Part shown: positions 19,354-28,447 of the stretch, in pieces
Position numbering within the stretch: the first letter of the stretch is position 1
Layout of the letters: every line of letters starts with the position of its first letter
NCBI GenBank assembly: GCA_963668625.2
Contig: CAXXKA010000010.1
Location: 414,218 to 478,217, forward strand
Length of the DNA: 64,000 nt
Origin: an uncultured candidate division Zixibacteria bacterium
GTDB taxonomy: Bacteria; Zixibacteria; MSB-5A5; UBA10806; 4484-95
Reading direction: 5' to 3'
The notes under the pieces: model-generated
Database searches by the model: none
What the model was told of the DNA's origin: nothing
Seen by the model: the letters and a program-made list of their open reading frames with translations, nothing else
Translations under genes and position numbers: made by a program

Positions 19354-21993
19354 ATGAAAAGAGAGTTGTTTTTAATAAAGGTTGTAATACTATTTTGTGT
19401 TATGACTATTTGTGTCCTGGCAGATCCTCCTGCCAATGATGATTGTGTCAATGCCGATGATGCCGGGACTCTTGTATCGGGATCGACTGTGCAGCTTACC
19501 GGCACTACAGTTGATGCTACTCAGGATTGCGGTTATAACAGCAATTCCGAGGTATGGGTAAAGTTCACATTGGCCGGTTGTATGGATGTTACCATTGATT
19601 TCTGCGATGACCCCTCCATTGTAACCGAATGGTCATATGTCTTGTATGATGGATGCCCATGCGATAATTCCACAACGTTTGATTACGCCGAAGTGTGTGG
19701 TTCGAGTTCTAACTATTCACGTACCTGGCATAGCATGGAAGCCGGTACATATTACTATTCGATTTTACAGCCACATCGCTCCCCGGGACCTTATACTGTA
19801 AATGTCACCGGAATTGACTGTCCTGATGCACCGGTTAATGACAACTGTGGTAACGCAATATCAATCGGCGAGGTAACCGATTACTCTTTTTCCACCAGAA
19901 GCGCGACCTACGATGGCAACGGCACATGTATTACCTCTGGCGCGAATGTCTGGTTTGTTTACACGGCATCAAACACATTTTCAGCTCGTATCAGCCTGGA
20001 CGGCTCACATTACAATACGATGATGGCTGTTTATAATGGCACCGATTGCTCGCATCTTCCCACCCGATTAGGCTGTACCGCGAGTGATCACCTGGATATC
20101 TCGGTGGTTAGCGGGCAATCATATTTAATCGAAATTGGCGGAGTAAATGATGCTGAGGGTTATGGTCTGCTAACTATAAGTGAGGCTCCTGTAACGCCGG
20201 CCAATGATGATTGTGCCGACGCCGATGATGCCGGGACATTACTGGATGGTGTGACCGTTCAACTTACCGGCGATACGGATGGGGCTACTACCGATTGTAT
20301 GAATCATCATGACCCGGAGGTGTGGATTAGTTTTACTTTAAGCTCCTGCATGAATGTTACGATCGATTTCTGCGATGATGCTAATACTGTTAGTAATCCT
20401 TCCATGAACTTATTTGGTGAATGTCCCTGCGCGGATATGGTTTTTTATAATTCACAAGTAAACTGCCCGCATGGCTCTAATCTGTCCACTTCCTGGAATA
20501 ATTTAGCCGCCGGCGATTATTATTATCCCATTTTCAGTAATGGTAACCCGTACACTGTCAATATTACCGGAGTTAATTGTACTCCACCGATCGGCGCTTG
20601 CTGCATGAATGGCGGCATGACCTGCACTGGAGACACAGAAGAAGACTATTGTGTAAACACTCTACGTGGCACCTGGATGGGTGAAGGTTCAACCTGTGGC
20701 GATTACGATGAGCACTCTGGTTGGTCGGGTTGTCAGACTCCTGAACTTGGCGCTTGCTGCATAAATGGCGGCATGAACTGCACTGAAAGCACAACAGAAG
20801 ACTATTGTGTAAACACTCTGCGCGGCACCTGGATGGAGGATGGTTCTACCTGCGGTACCTATGATCATGAAACCGGCTGGTCGGGTTGCAGCGTGCAACC
20901 TGAACTTGGCGCTTGCTGCATGAATGGCGGCATGACCTGCACTGGAGACATAGAAGAAGACTATTGTGTAAATACTCTTCGCGGTACCTGGATGGGTGAA
21001 GGTTCAACCTGTGGCGATTACGATGAGCACTCCGGTTGGTCGGGTTGTCAGACACCTGAACTTGGCGCCTGCTGTATGAATGGCGGCATGACCTGCACTG
21101 GAGACACAGAAGAAGACTATTGTGTAAATACTCTACGTGGCACCTGGATGGGTGAAGGTTCAACCTGTGGCGATTACGATGAGCACTCCGGTTGGTCTGG
21201 TTGTCAGACACCTGAACTTGGCGCCTGCTGTATGAATGGCGGCATGACCTGCACTGGAGACACAGAAGAAGACTATTGTGTAAATACTCTACGTGGCACC
21301 TGGATGGGTGAAGGTTCAACCTGTGGCGATTACGATGAGCACTCTGGTTGGTCGGGTTGTCAGACACCTGAACTTGGCGCCTGTTGTATGAATGGCGGCA
21401 TGACCTGCACTGGAGACACAGAAGAAGACTATTGTGTAAATACTCTACGTGGCACCTGGATGGGTGAAGGTTCAACCTGTGGCGATTACGATGAGCACTC
21501 CGGTTGGTCGGGTTGTCAGACACCTGAACTTGGCGCTTGCTGCATAAATGGCGGCATGAACTGCAATGAAAGCACAACAGAAGACTATTGTGTAAACACT
21601 CTACGCGGTACCTGGATGGAGGATGGTTCTACCTGCGGTACCTACGATCATGAAACCGGTTGGTCGGGTTGCAGCGTCACTACTACTTACGAATACCTCC
21701 CCGGTGATGCCAACATGGCTGCCGGCTCGTGGCCGCCGAATGTAATCGGCGCGGATGTCACCTACCTGGTGAACTATTTCCGGGCTATCGCCGCACCATG
21801 CCTGGTCGGTGGTTTCTATAACTCGGCTGATGCTAACGGAGATTGTTCGGTAATCGGTGCTGACGTTACCTACCTTGTTCAGTATTTCCGAGGCGCGAAC
21901 GAATTACATTACTGCCCGGACTATGAGCCAACCTGGCAAAACAGTGGCGATTTACCGGCCGAGGCTCCCGATGGCTGGCCGAATTGCGAATGA
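19354..21993 (+). CDS. Secreted Cys-rich protein: three NDxC-type domains, seven GACC repeats, dockerin-like domain
   Basis: N-terminus collinear with 5991..8333 (DPPANDDCVNADDAGTLVS); seven 52-53 aa repeats; dockerin cassette. Confidence 0.85.
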   Translation: MKRELFLIKVVILFCVMTICVLADPPANDDCVNADDAGTLVSGSTVQLTGTTVDATQDCGYNSNSEVWVKFTLAGCMDVTIDFCDDPSIVTEWSYVLYDGCPCDNSTTFDYAEVCGSSSNYSRTWHSMEAGTYYYSILQPHRSPGPYTVNVTGIDCPDAPVNDNCGNAISIGEVTDYSFSTRSATYDGNGTCITSGANVWFVYTASNTFSARISLDGSHYNTMMAVYNGTDCSHLPTRLGCTASDHLDISVVSGQSYLIEIGGVNDAEGYGLLTISEAPVTPANDDCADADDAGTLLDGVTVQLTGDTDGATTDCMNHHDPEVWISFTLSSCMNVTIDFCDDANTVSNPSMNLFGECPCADMVFYNSQVNCPHGSNLSTSWNNLAAGDYYYPIFSNGNPYTVNITGVNCTPPIGACCMNGGMTCTGDTEEDYCVNTLRGTWMGEGSTCGDYDEHSGWSGCQTPELGACCINGGMNCTESTTEDYCVNTLRGTWMEDGSTCGTYDHETGWSGCSVQPELGACCMNGGMTCTGDIEEDYCVNTLRGTWMGEGSTCGDYDEHSGWSGCQTPELGACCMNGGMTCTGDTEEDYCVNTLRGTWMGEGSTCGDYDEHSGWSGCQTPELGACCMNGGMTCTGDTEEDYCVNTLRGTWMGEGSTCGDYDEHSGWSGCQTPELGACCMNGGMTCTGDTEEDYCVNTLRGTWMGEGSTCGDYDEHSGWSGCQTPELGACCINGGMNCNESTTEDYCVNTLRGTWMEDGSTCGTYDHETGWSGCSVTTTYEYLPGDANMAAGSWPPNVIGADVTYLVNYFRAIAAPCLVGGFYNSADANGDCSVIGADVTYLVQYFRGANELHYCPDYEPTWQNSGDLPAEAPDGWPNCE
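20593..21675 (+). repeat. Intragenic tandem repeat, 156-bp unit, seven units (A-B-A-A-A-A-B)
   Basis: CCTGAACTTGGCGC recurs at 20899, 21055, 21211, 21367 and 21523; A units are almost identical. Confidence 0.95.
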
Positions 21994-22092
21994 ACTTCTG
22001 ATTCGAGTAATTAAATTCAGCTACTACTTCTTGAAAAGTGCTCTAGCGCTTTGACCTTGATCTACGAAAGGCGGCCTTAACGGGCCGCCTTC
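21688..22092 (+). repeat. Dockerin cassette plus 3' UTR and hairpin, copy 3 of 3
   Basis: Near identity to copy 1 at an offset of 13660 bp. Confidence 0.9.
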
Positions 22093-22098
22093 GTAGAT
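22060..22098. terminator. Long hairpin between convergent genes
   Basis: ATCTACGAAAGGCGGCC-TTAACG-GGCCGCCTTCGTAGAT. Confidence 0.7.
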
Positions 22099-22141
22099 TT
22101 ATAGTTTATCGATACCAGGCATACAGGAAACTATCAAAATA

Positions 22142-22453
22142 CTACTTTTTGTTCTCTACACTTTCAATTCTGCCGGTTATAGACTGCTCTCGGTCTGTTC
22201 GTGTCGAGATTTTCAACGAGGTTACCACGCGCACTACGCCGTCCTCGTGAAGCTGATCGTGGCATTCGCGAATCGTGGCCATTATCTCATCCCAGTCACC
22301 CTCGATATTGGTTCCCATCGTGTGAAGCCTGGTTTCCAGCCCGGCCTCGGCAAGTATCCTCTCGCATTTAGCTACGTATTTCGATAGTGATATCCCAACG
22401 CCTATAGGCAGTATCTGGAAATCCGCGATTACTTTCAGTTTTTTTTCTGACAT
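22142..22453 (-). CDS. MTH1187/YqgV-family thiamine-binding protein
   Basis: IADFQILPIG...SLSKYVA...HTMGTNIEG.WDE...RV.TSLKI.TR.D signature; SD GGAGG. Confidence 0.9.
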   Translation of the reverse strand: MSEKKLKVIADFQILPIGVGISLSKYVAKCERILAEAGLETRLHTMGTNIEGDWDEIMATIRECHDQLHEDGVVRVVTSLKISTRTDREQSITGRIESVENKK

Positions 22454-22533
22454 ATTTACCTCCGTTCAACTTGATTTTATAACCGTTTCGGTATACGAAA
22501 TGTTCTTATACTTCTAGAATATTATAGATTAAA

Positions 22534-22790
22534 TCACTAGTGTCCGGTGTTTTTCGTTAAATTTTAAATTTCTCCTTGGAATTGTTAATGAAAAATATTT
22601 TCCGATATAATTATTATATTCAGCGTATCATTCATCCTGACATATCCTGCCGATGTTAGGCTTGGTTTTCTGGTTTCCAAGCGCTGCTTGGAAACCTTCT
22701 TGAATCATGTAGAATGCGCATTCTGCCGGCAAACAAGCCACGTTGCGAAGCAGCGCTTCGCAACGAGATGAAAAGACCGGACAGTAGTGA
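22534..22790. mobile_element. MITE-like element with ~20-bp terminal inverted repeats enclosing a REP/REPIN-like triple palindrome
   Basis: Left end TCACTAGTGTCCGGTGTTTT, right end AAAAGACCGGACAGTAGTGA. Internal hairpins GGTTTCCAAGC-GCT-GCTTGGAAACC, AGAATGCGCATTCT and CGTTGCGAAGC-AGC-GCTTCGCAACG. Confidence 0.6.
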
Positions 22791-23011
22791 AATTAAATAG
22801 AAATGAAAATATCACGATATTATGCGTGTTTGACGAAACAGCAGGATATGCTCCTGCCATCAGCTTATAACATACGTGTTTATCATTGTCATGAGGGCAA
22901 CAAATAGCTTGCGGTCAAAAGGCAATCGACGTAATATAGCCCAATAAATACGAGGGAGAATGTAACTATCCTGAAAATGATCTTAAATATCAAATAATAG
23001 CGGAGAGATAA

Positions 23012-26000
23012 ATGAAAAGGTATGTCATCCTGTTTGCATGCGCGTTTGCAGTTGCCGGAACTTTTTTGTTCTCTGAGGTAAAAGCCGATACTGAAGAAGC
23101 CTGGAAACAGCTCAGTCAGTTGAATATATCAGATGCCAAAGCCATGTTCGCGAATGAACTGGCCTCGCATCCCGATGATTTAGCCTGTATGAGGGGACTG
23201 CTGTTGGCCTCGCATTTCGATCTGGATTACGCTACGCAAATAGAGATGATAGAAAGACTGATTGCGGCGGATAAATCGAGCCCCAACCTGGCGCCACTTT
23301 CGGAATTCGTCAATGCCGAGCTGGGTGATTGGGCCGAATGCAACCGGTTGAGTTTCGAAATAGGAGAGGCGCTGGCCAATAACGCCAAAGGCCCCTGGGC
23401 TCATACCGGTCGTTTACTCATGGAGGGGTACTACACCGAGGCCGATTTCAGCCTCCCCGAGGGCTGGCTTCGCCGTATGAATTATGCTCCTGGTTGCTGG
23501 GTTTGCGGACCGTTCGAGAATAATTCCAATATCGCGGCGTACCGTCCTGTCGAATTCGAGAATCAGTCCCTCGATACGTTGGCCACCGTTGCCGGTAAAA
23601 TCGGTACCAGGGCCGGCTGGACCTGGTTGCCTGCAGACGATTTCGGAAATTTCCTGCCTTATTATGCGATCGAGAATACTCAGGACGTGGCTATGCAGGC
23701 GCGGTTTTATTTCGAGCTTCCCGACGATATGGAGATACTCGTGCTGATGGGAGGGGCGCTCAATTACCGTATCTTATTCGATGGCGTGCCGGTACACGAT
23801 GATCCACGATATAGAAATGCCGTGCAGCGGGAGGCGTTCGAGATAGATGCCGGAGCAGGCATGCATGAAATAACCGTCGTACTAGGGACAACCGATCAGG
23901 GGTTGACATTCGGTCTTCAGGTATTGAATAGCGATTACGAGAACATAGATGGTTTCAAATGGCATCGCTACGGCAAGGTAAAGAGAGGCGGAAGTTTCGA
24001 TGTCGAGCAAATTCATCCGCTATTCGATCCGTTCGAAAGCTACGTGGCCGAACACGGTGAAGAGCCCGATACCAGATTGTGGCGCACCTACCTTCAGATA
24101 TATAACGGTTATTCCGATGAAGCCGTGCGAACGCTCGAAACGCTTTACCACAAGCAAAAAGCGGATCCGATCGATATTTACCTGCTGTTCGTGGCGCTCA
24201 CTCTAAACAACGAGCCTCAACTCGGCTTGAGATATTTGAGTACGATAATGGATGATATTCATGTTCCACTTATCGAATTCAGGTGGATAGAGAATACCGT
24301 TGAAAATTATGAGATACAGGTAAATACCTATTGCCAACTCGATAGCGTATACCCAGACAGATTCCCGATCGAATTGACTGCGGGCTTGAAACCTCTCTTG
24401 AAGCAGGATAAAAAAGGGTTATTCGAAAATTACGACAGGCTTCTGCAGAAATACCCGAACGCGGTCGGTATTCACAGTTTTCTTACCATGATGTATAGCC
24501 AGGTGGTGAGAGACCCGGAAGCGGCTTATCGGGAGGCAAAAGCATTCAGCGAGCAAGCTAATAACAAGCGATACCTGATAACGACTGAACCTCGCTATCT
24601 CGTGACACTGGCGAGATACGATGAGGCTATCGAGAAGGCCAGGCAGGCTTTCTACCTATCGAAATATTCCGATCAGGCGTTGACCGAACTGTATTATACT
24701 TATAGTATGGCTAAGCGTGAAAAAGAGATGATTCCCATACTGGACAGCCTGAAGGAGATCTATCCTTACAATATCGAACTGTACAGCAAGCTTTATGAAA
24801 TTTATTCCGAGGCAAGCGAGTACGATAAAGCCAACAAAGTACTCGAGCGAATTCACGCGATCAAACCATCGGCGGTTAAACCGTATCAGGTTCTCGAAAG
24901 TCTTCATAACAATGAAACGTATGACAAAATATTCGGCTCCGTGGATGTATTGGAATACTGGGATATGACCCCAACCCCCGAACAGCTTAATAACAACGAT
25001 TTCTGGTACGTGCTGGATAAACGTCAGGCGTTGTTGTTCGATTCCGGCGTGGTGCTCAAGGATATTCATTACGCTATCGCGTTATTGGATGAGGATGTTA
25101 TCGCCCAGTACCAGGAGATGAATCTAGGATTCGACCCCGATTACTCGTTTAACAATCTTCTGGTAGCGCAAAGACTGAGAAAAGGACAACCACCGATGGC
25201 GGGTACGGTCGAGGGCGAGTATGCCGTATTCCAGGATTTAAAACCCGGTGATGTTATCGAGATACACTATCGCTACTGGGAAAGCCGAGACGGCGACCTG
25301 TGGAACGAGTTCTGGGGGACATACATGACTCACAGTGATTTCTTCCAGCGCTACTGGGACTATACGATTCTGACCAATAGGGATGATATTCGTTACCTAT
25401 CGATCGATCCGGCTCCCGATCCGAAGATTTCCAAACATTGTGGTTTTAAGAAATATACCTGGAGTGGTGAGAAAACTCCGGCCCTGAACATGAATAATGC
25501 CATGTTACCGCCGGTTCCCGATATCGTAGGTGTGGTGATTGTTACCACGCTTGATAACTGGGACGTCCTGAACGACTGGTACTATTCGATCAGCCAGGCT
25601 GTACTGGGCGATAACCCTCGCGCAGATGCTCTGGCCGACAGTCTGGTCGGGGGGATTATGAGCGACAGCAGAAAACTCGAGGTCCTTTTCGAGCATATCG
25701 TCATGGGTATTCCCTACCAGATGATCGGTTTCGATTATCATGCCTCGATACCCAGGAAACCGGATGATGTTTTGCTGAACCGCTGGGGAGATTGCAAAGA
25801 TAAAGGTCACCTGCTTATTCATATGCTGCGCCATGTCGGTCTCGAGGCCTGGCCGGTTCTGGTGATGACTCGTGACTTAGGCACCAGCATGCCGCTTCCG
25901 TATTTCGGATTCAATCACCTTATCGCCGGATGTATCATCGATGGTGATACGCTCTATGTGGATGCCACGGATATTCCTGTCGATCCCAAATCCTCTATCG

Positions 26001-26737
26001 CCAACGATATCGCGGGCCAGCCGATTTTACAGGTCGGATTGAAAGGCTTCGCCAAAAAACTCAAAAAACTACCGGATGCCGAAAGTGAGGATTCCCACTG
26101 GAAAATGAAAATGGTATTGCAGCCATCGGAAGGGAGCAAGTACCGTTTTCGATACATTCGCGACTACTATAAGCTCGAGGCCGGTTTGAGCCGTTACGAC
26201 CTTCGGGGATATTCGAGCGAGGAATTGAGAAACGACCTGGAATCGGCTTACTCGGATAACTGGGGAGTGATCCTTTCTATCGATTCGGTTACGTTCGACA
26301 CTCCCGAAAGTATTGCGCCGGAATTCAATCAGACCTGGTACGGCGAGATGGAAATATCCACGCAGAAAATAGGCAACACCACTATCATGAATTTGCCGTC
26401 GTGGTCAACAATCTCGAAAGGCCTGATACCAATGCTCGGTGATCCCGATGAGAGACGTTTTCCGGTCGATAGAAATGATTATATTGGCGTGTTCGAAAAA
26501 GAGCTCGAGATCAAAGTGCCTGATGATTACGGTCGACCGAAACCAATAAAGGCTTTCGAGCTGAAAAAAGGCCAATTACAATTCGAGTACGATTATAATT
26601 GGAATGATGATACGAGAACGCTCAACCTGGTGTATAATCTAAAAATCGAGCAGGGTTATAGTAAGCCGAAAGATTTTACAGGATTCATCAAAAAAGTAAT
26701 AGATACGTTCGATAGCCCGCTGTTGTTCGAAAAATAG
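23012..26737 (+). CDS. Secreted TPR + DUF3857 + transglutaminase-like domain protein
   Basis: Signal peptide; helical TPR-like region; FQDLKPGDVIEIHY (DUF3857-like); catalytic triad motifs GDCKDK, FNHLI and YVDAT. Confidence 0.85.
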   Translation: MKRYVILFACAFAVAGTFLFSEVKADTEEAWKQLSQLNISDAKAMFANELASHPDDLACMRGLLLASHFDLDYATQIEMIERLIAADKSSPNLAPLSEFVNAELGDWAECNRLSFEIGEALANNAKGPWAHTGRLLMEGYYTEADFSLPEGWLRRMNYAPGCWVCGPFENNSNIAAYRPVEFENQSLDTLATVAGKIGTRAGWTWLPADDFGNFLPYYAIENTQDVAMQARFYFELPDDMEILVLMGGALNYRILFDGVPVHDDPRYRNAVQREAFEIDAGAGMHEITVVLGTTDQGLTFGLQVLNSDYENIDGFKWHRYGKVKRGGSFDVEQIHPLFDPFESYVAEHGEEPDTRLWRTYLQIYNGYSDEAVRTLETLYHKQKADPIDIYLLFVALTLNNEPQLGLRYLSTIMDDIHVPLIEFRWIENTVENYEIQVNTYCQLDSVYPDRFPIELTAGLKPLLKQDKKGLFENYDRLLQKYPNAVGIHSFLTMMYSQVVRDPEAAYREAKAFSEQANNKRYLITTEPRYLVTLARYDEAIEKARQAFYLSKYSDQALTELYYTYSMAKREKEMIPILDSLKEIYPYNIELYSKLYEIYSEASEYDKANKVLERIHAIKPSAVKPYQVLESLHNNETYDKIFGSVDVLEYWDMTPTPEQLNNNDFWYVLDKRQALLFDSGVVLKDIHYAIALLDEDVIAQYQEMNLGFDPDYSFNNLLVAQRLRKGQPPMAGTVEGEYAVFQDLKPGDVIEIHYRYWESRDGDLWNEFWGTYMTHSDFFQRYWDYTILTNRDDIRYLSIDPAPDPKISKHCGFKKYTWSGEKTPALNMNNAMLPPVPDIVGVVIVTTLDNWDVLNDWYYSISQAVLGDNPRADALADSLVGGIMSDSRKLEVLFEHIVMGIPYQMIGFDYHASIPRKPDDVLLNRWGDCKDKGHLLIHMLRHVGLEAWPVLVMTRDLGTSMPLPYFGFNHLIAGCIIDGDTLYVDATDIPVDPKSSIANDIAGQPILQVGLKGFAKKLKKLPDAESEDSHWKMKMVLQPSEGSKYRFRYIRDYYKLEAGLSRYDLRGYSSEELRNDLESAYSDNWGVILSIDSVTFDTPESIAPEFNQTWYGEMEISTQKIGNTTIMNLPSWSTISKGLIPMLGDPDERRFPVDRNDYIGVFEKELEIKVPDDYGRPKPIKAFELKKGQLQFEYDYNWNDDTRTLNLVYNLKIEQGYSKPKDFTGFIKKVIDTFDSPLLFEK

Positions 26738-26760
26738 CAATAGTGATAAAGACCGATAGC

Positions 26761-27384
26761 CTATCGTATCTGCGGCAAGTCTTTGGCGAGCTGGCGAAGG
26801 TTTTCTTTTAGCGGTTTCATCGCCTCGCCGTCCAATCCGTCATGGTAGCTTCTGATTTGGCCAAGATGATCGACTACGATGAATTTCGAGGAATGACCCA
26901 TCGGCAAAGATTCGGCGGCCAGTAAAAATTGCTTTTCGCATAGCTCTACGACATCCTCGATAGGAGCGCTCAGAAACACCCATCTGCTGTCCGTTATATT
27001 ATGATTTTTAGCGTATTGGCGTTGAACCTCATAGGTATCTCTTTCAGGATCGACTGAAATTGTTATGAACTGAACCTGGGGATAGTCGGCGTAGTAAGCA
27101 TATAGATCGTACATGTTTTCGACGAGAATAGGGCAAATACTTTTACAGTTGGTAAAACCGAAATAAACGACATTCAATTTGCCTTTCATCTGCTCCAGGC
27201 TGAATGGTTGCTCGTTGTGGGCTGCGGTAAATCGGAAATCGGTTAGCGTATTATATACCGGCATCGACTGGCGCGACCGATGAGCCAGGTTAACCACGAG
27301 TATCGCGATGATTGCCAGTATTAGCGTGGCCGAAACGGAGTATATCAAGAACTTAGGGTGCCTATTGGTGTCAGGCATTTTCAA
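26761..27384 (-). CDS. SCO1/SenC-family copper chaperone
   Basis: N-terminal TM; FGFTNCKSICP (CxxxC); ISVDPERDT; HS...VD..G.IR. Confidence 0.9.
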   Translation of the reverse strand: MKMPDTNRHPKFLIYSVSATLILAIIAILVVNLAHRSRQSMPVYNTLTDFRFTAAHNEQPFSLEQMKGKLNVVYFGFTNCKSICPILVENMYDLYAYYADYPQVQFITISVDPERDTYEVQRQYAKNHNITDSRWVFLSAPIEDVVELCEKQFLLAAESLPMGHSSKFIVVDHLGQIRSYHDGLDGEAMKPLKENLRQLAKDLPQIR

Positions 27385-28309
27385 CCTCCCTTTTATGACT
27401 TAAAGCCGTATATGTTATCACCAGCATGCCCATTATCAATCCGGCTACCCATAAGTGAAGTATACGGGCGACCTGCGACATATCTACGAAAACGATGATC
27501 ACTCCGATTATCAATTGTAGTATGGTCAGGCCGTGGAGCGACGTGCAACTCTGCCAGACCAGGTTGGATGGTTTACAATCGGAGGCGATGAGTCGTTTGG
27601 TTATGAGCATAACGAAAAACGATGTGAGAATTCCGAACAGGGGATGAGCGTATTTTATCGCCCCCACCTTGCTTATCAGGAGATGGTAGGCAAGAAGCGG
27701 GTGATGAGTGAATGCCAGTTCTATCGATTCGCGAAGCTGCATTCCCAACATTATCTGTATTATAGTGAAAATCCAGATAACGATTATCCAGGCCTGGGCT
27801 TTGTTCGAATAAGCCGAACCGTCTTCCGTATGTGAATCGAGGATATAGTGAGCTTGTTGAGATATGAATAACAATAAGCTTACCAGTACCAGCGAGGAAA
27901 ATATATGGACCGAAAACTTGATCGGCTCGAGGTGGGGCGCAAGGTTAAGGCTGCCCTGCCATATCTGGAATAATACCAGTAATCCGGCAATCACCGAGGG
28001 AATCAGAATCCTGAGCCTGTTGTAATAACGAATTACGGCCCAGATGATTAAGATCGCTACGACTATACAAACCGCTACGCCCGTATAGAAATTGATACAT
28101 TTGATCCAGGGAAGGGTAAGTTCGTTTATACCTGAGTTCGTTTTCAGCGATAGGGGATTTATATTGGCAAACTCTCCCAGATATTTATGCCAGTCGAGAT
28201 AACCACTGTCTGCTCGGGAGATTCTGGAAAGGCCATTGATGTAAATGGAAAAGTACGTAATCAGTACCGAGGTAATCGACAATCCCTTGAATATTCGCAT
28301 TCGGAGCAC
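27371..28309 (-). CDS. COX15/CtaA (heme A synthase)-like membrane protein, degenerate
   Basis: About eight TM segments; QIWQG, VHI, QIMLG.QLRE, AHP and ILHL motifs; overlaps the SCO gene. Lacks the CPDWP-type and EWxHR-type motifs. Confidence 0.65.
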   Translation of the reverse strand: MLRMRIFKGLSITSVLITYFSIYINGLSRISRADSGYLDWHKYLGEFANINPLSLKTNSGINELTLPWIKCINFYTGVAVCIVVAILIIWAVIRYYNRLRILIPSVIAGLLVLFQIWQGSLNLAPHLEPIKFSVHIFSSLVLVSLLLFISQQAHYILDSHTEDGSAYSNKAQAWIIVIWIFTIIQIMLGMQLRESIELAFTHHPLLAYHLLISKVGAIKYAHPLFGILTSFFVMLITKRLIASDCKPSNLVWQSCTSLHGLTILQLIIGVIIVFVDMSQVARILHLWVAGLIMGMLVITYTALSHKREVENA

Positions 28310-28447
28310 CTTCTCAAGCTAGTTAGTATCTCTATATTATTATTTTCCAGCTTATGATGCAATAACAATAAACCGAATATGACAGGAATCTCAAAATCGT
28401 TGCGCAGTTATTTTAGTATTAAATCGGGCTCATGGAGAGGTTAAATC

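Noticed and set aside
20593-21675. CRISPR-like array
   Set aside because: The units are 156-bp in-frame coding repeats with no unique spacers, and there are no cas genes.
8028-22092. Diversity-generating retroelement (TR/VR) among the three dockerin copies
   Set aside because: No reverse transcriptase in the window; the differences are mostly synonymous C/T changes, not adenine-specific; all copies are coding.
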